The notes below the pieces were generated by a model. That model did no database searches and had not been told where the DNA came from. It saw only the letters and a list, made by a program, of their open reading frames with translations. From positions 1 to 15,682 of the forward strand of contig JBBQPM010000165.1 of the NCBI GenBank assembly GCA_038217425.1: a stretch of DNA of 15,682 bases, given 5' to 3'. A program made the position numbers and the translations under genes. How positions within the stretch are numbered: the stretch's first letter is position 1; every line of letters starts with the position of its first letter. The stretch is from Gemmatales bacterium. GTDB lineage: Bacteria > Planctomycetota > Planctomycetia > Gemmatales > Gemmataceae. This document shows positions 14,543 through 15,682 of the stretch, one piece after another.

Positions 14543-14565
14543 CTCCCGGCTCTGACGCGACTGGG
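14543..14565 (-). repeat. CGCGTCAG-core intergenic repeat, copy 2 (reverse orientation)
   Basis: + strand CTCCCGGCTCTGACGCGACTGGG. Its reverse complement CCCAGTCGCGTCAGAGCCGGGAG aligns with copy 1 through a perfect CGCGTCAG core. Confidence 0.5.
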
Positions 14566-14633
14566 TTCGCCGAATGCGGTGCAATCGTGAGCCGCTTTGA
14601 ATGACTGTTTTACCTTCGACAAAGGAGAATGCC

Positions 14634-15383
14634 ATGAACCGACTCAAGGGAAAAATCGCCGTCGTCACCGGGGCGTCCAAGGGCATCGGCGCCGCGATCG
14701 CCGAACATCTCGCCGCGGAAGGGGCGGCCGTCGTCGTCAATTACGCCAGCAGCAAGGCCGGCGCCGACGCCGTCGTCAAACGCATTGCCGAGAAGGATGG
14801 CCGGGCCGTCGCGGTGCAGGCCGACGTCTCCAAACACGAAGACATTCAGCGTCTGTTTGCGGAGACGAAGAAAGCGTTCGGCAACGCCGACATCCTCGTC
14901 AACAACGCGGGCATCTACGAATTTGCCCCGCTGGAAGCGATCACGCCCGAGCACTTCCACAAGCAGTTCAACCTCAACGTGCTCGGCCTGCTGCTGACGA
15001 CGCAAGAGGCCGCCAAGCACTTTGGCCCCGCCGGCGGGAGCATCGTGAATATCAGTTCCGTGGTGGCGACGCTGGCTCCGCCCAACGGTGCCGTCTACAG
15101 CGCCACCAAGGCGGCGGTCGATGCGATCACGCGGTCGCTGGCCAAGGAGTTGGGGGCGCGTCGCATCCGGGTGAACTCGATCAATCCCGGCCTGGTCGAG
15201 ACGGAAGGCCTGCTCAGCGCGGGCCTTCACGAAGGGGATTTCCGCAAGTCGATCGAGGCGCAAACGCCGCTCGGCAGGATCGGCCAACCCAATGACATCG
15301 TCGGCGCCGTCGTCTTCCTCGCGTCGCCGGAATCGTCCTGGATCACCGGCGAAACGCTCTACATCTCGGGCGGCTATCGTTAA
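14634..15383 (+). CDS. Short-chain dehydrogenase/reductase (SDR), 3-oxoacyl-ACP reductase-like
   Basis: TGASKGIG cofactor motif, 'ILVNNAGIYEF', 'GSIVNISSVVA', 'YSATKAAVDAITRSLAKELG', 'RIRVNSINPGLVETE', 'ITGETLYISGGYR'. AAGGAGA RBS at 14622-14628. Confidence 0.93.
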   Translation: MNRLKGKIAVVTGASKGIGAAIAEHLAAEGAAVVVNYASSKAGADAVVKRIAEKDGRAVAVQADVSKHEDIQRLFAETKKAFGNADILVNNAGIYEFAPLEAITPEHFHKQFNLNVLGLLLTTQEAAKHFGPAGGSIVNISSVVATLAPPNGAVYSATKAAVDAITRSLAKELGARRIRVNSINPGLVETEGLLSAGLHEGDFRKSIEAQTPLGRIGQPNDIVGAVVFLASPESSWITGETLYISGGYR

Positions 15384-15446
15384 ACCCCTCGCACGCCGGC
15401 TGCGACGCCCGGGCGGACGTTTCTCGGAAAATCTTGCGGAAAGTCG

Positions 15447-15476
15447 TTGACAGGGCATGTGTACATATGTTAATAT
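15447..15476 (+). promoter_or_regulatory. Putative sigma-70 promoter TTGACA-N18-TAATAT
   Basis: Perfect -35 TTGACA at 15447-15452 and -10-like TAATAT (4/6) at 15471-15476, in a locally AT-rich patch. About 40 nt before the start of the terminal ORF. Confidence 0.4.
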
Positions 15477-15517
15477 CTAGAAAGAGGTACTCGATCCCCT
15501 TGCCCTGGAGATTCGCC

Positions 15518-15682
15518 ATGATCGCCTGCCCCCCGCTTTCGACGCCCGCCGAGTTCCGTGCCGCGTTCGCTTCCGTCGTCAGCCTCGAGGATTTGCAAGC
15601 CCTGGCCCGCGTTCTCTTGAACCGGGCGCTCGAAGGCAATCTGACCGCCGCCAAGATGGTGCTGACGTACGTGATGGGCAAG
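15518..15682 (+). CDS. Start of a small conserved hypothetical protein, truncated by the window end
   Basis: ATG 15518 stays open to the window end with no stop: MIACPPLSTPAEFRAAFASVVSLEDLQALARVLLNRALEGNLTAAKMVLTYVMGK. The 'A..G...AAK..L.Y..GK' pattern resembles small helical proteins frequent in planctomycetes. GGAG at 15507-15510. Confidence 0.55.
   Translation, partial: MIACPPLSTPAEFRAAFASVVSLEDLQALARVLLNRALEGNLTAAKMVLTYVMGK

Noticed and set aside
15384-15425. Possible rho-independent terminator after the SDR gene (CGCCCGGGCG palindrome then GTTTCTC)
   Set aside because: The palindrome has no loop and only three consecutive T follow, so it does not meet the usual criteria for an intrinsic terminator.
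1-15682. Defence system, CRISPR array, prophage, toxin-antitoxin or transposon content
   Set aside because: No regularly spaced repeats, Cas-like, nuclease, transposase or integrase motifs were seen in the main ORFs. The terminal truncated ORF is too short to assign to a mobile element.

Overview
The window is high-GC bacterial chromosome, most likely from a planctomycete. This is inferred from the DUF1587/1592/1588/1585-type c-type cytochrome protein and several small planctomycete-style protein families. I see no rRNA, tRNA, CRISPR array or recognisable transposase. The left end has a small conserved protein and a large secreted cytochrome-like protein. These are followed by a tight plus-strand run (about 2947-9370): GMC oxidoreductase, phosphatidylserine decarboxylase, membrane-anchored FAD-linked oxidoreductase, a double-domain class-III aminotransferase protein, and a small multi-TM protein. 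This run converges on a two-gene minus-strand unit with an SQD2-like GT4 glycosyltransferase and a SAM methyltransferase (11381-9282). Together they look like an uncharacterised, probably lipid-related, modification locus. The most unusual single gene is 6817-8862. It appears to carry a degenerate N-terminal aminotransferase domain lacking the catalytic Lys, fused to an apparently intact one. The right part holds a Kelch-repeat protein, a membrane-anchored planctomycete-type hypothetical protein, an intergenic inverted pair of a CGCGTCAG-core repeat, a FabG-like SDR, and the start of another gene cut by the window edge. All family assignments were made by reading motifs; no database search was run.
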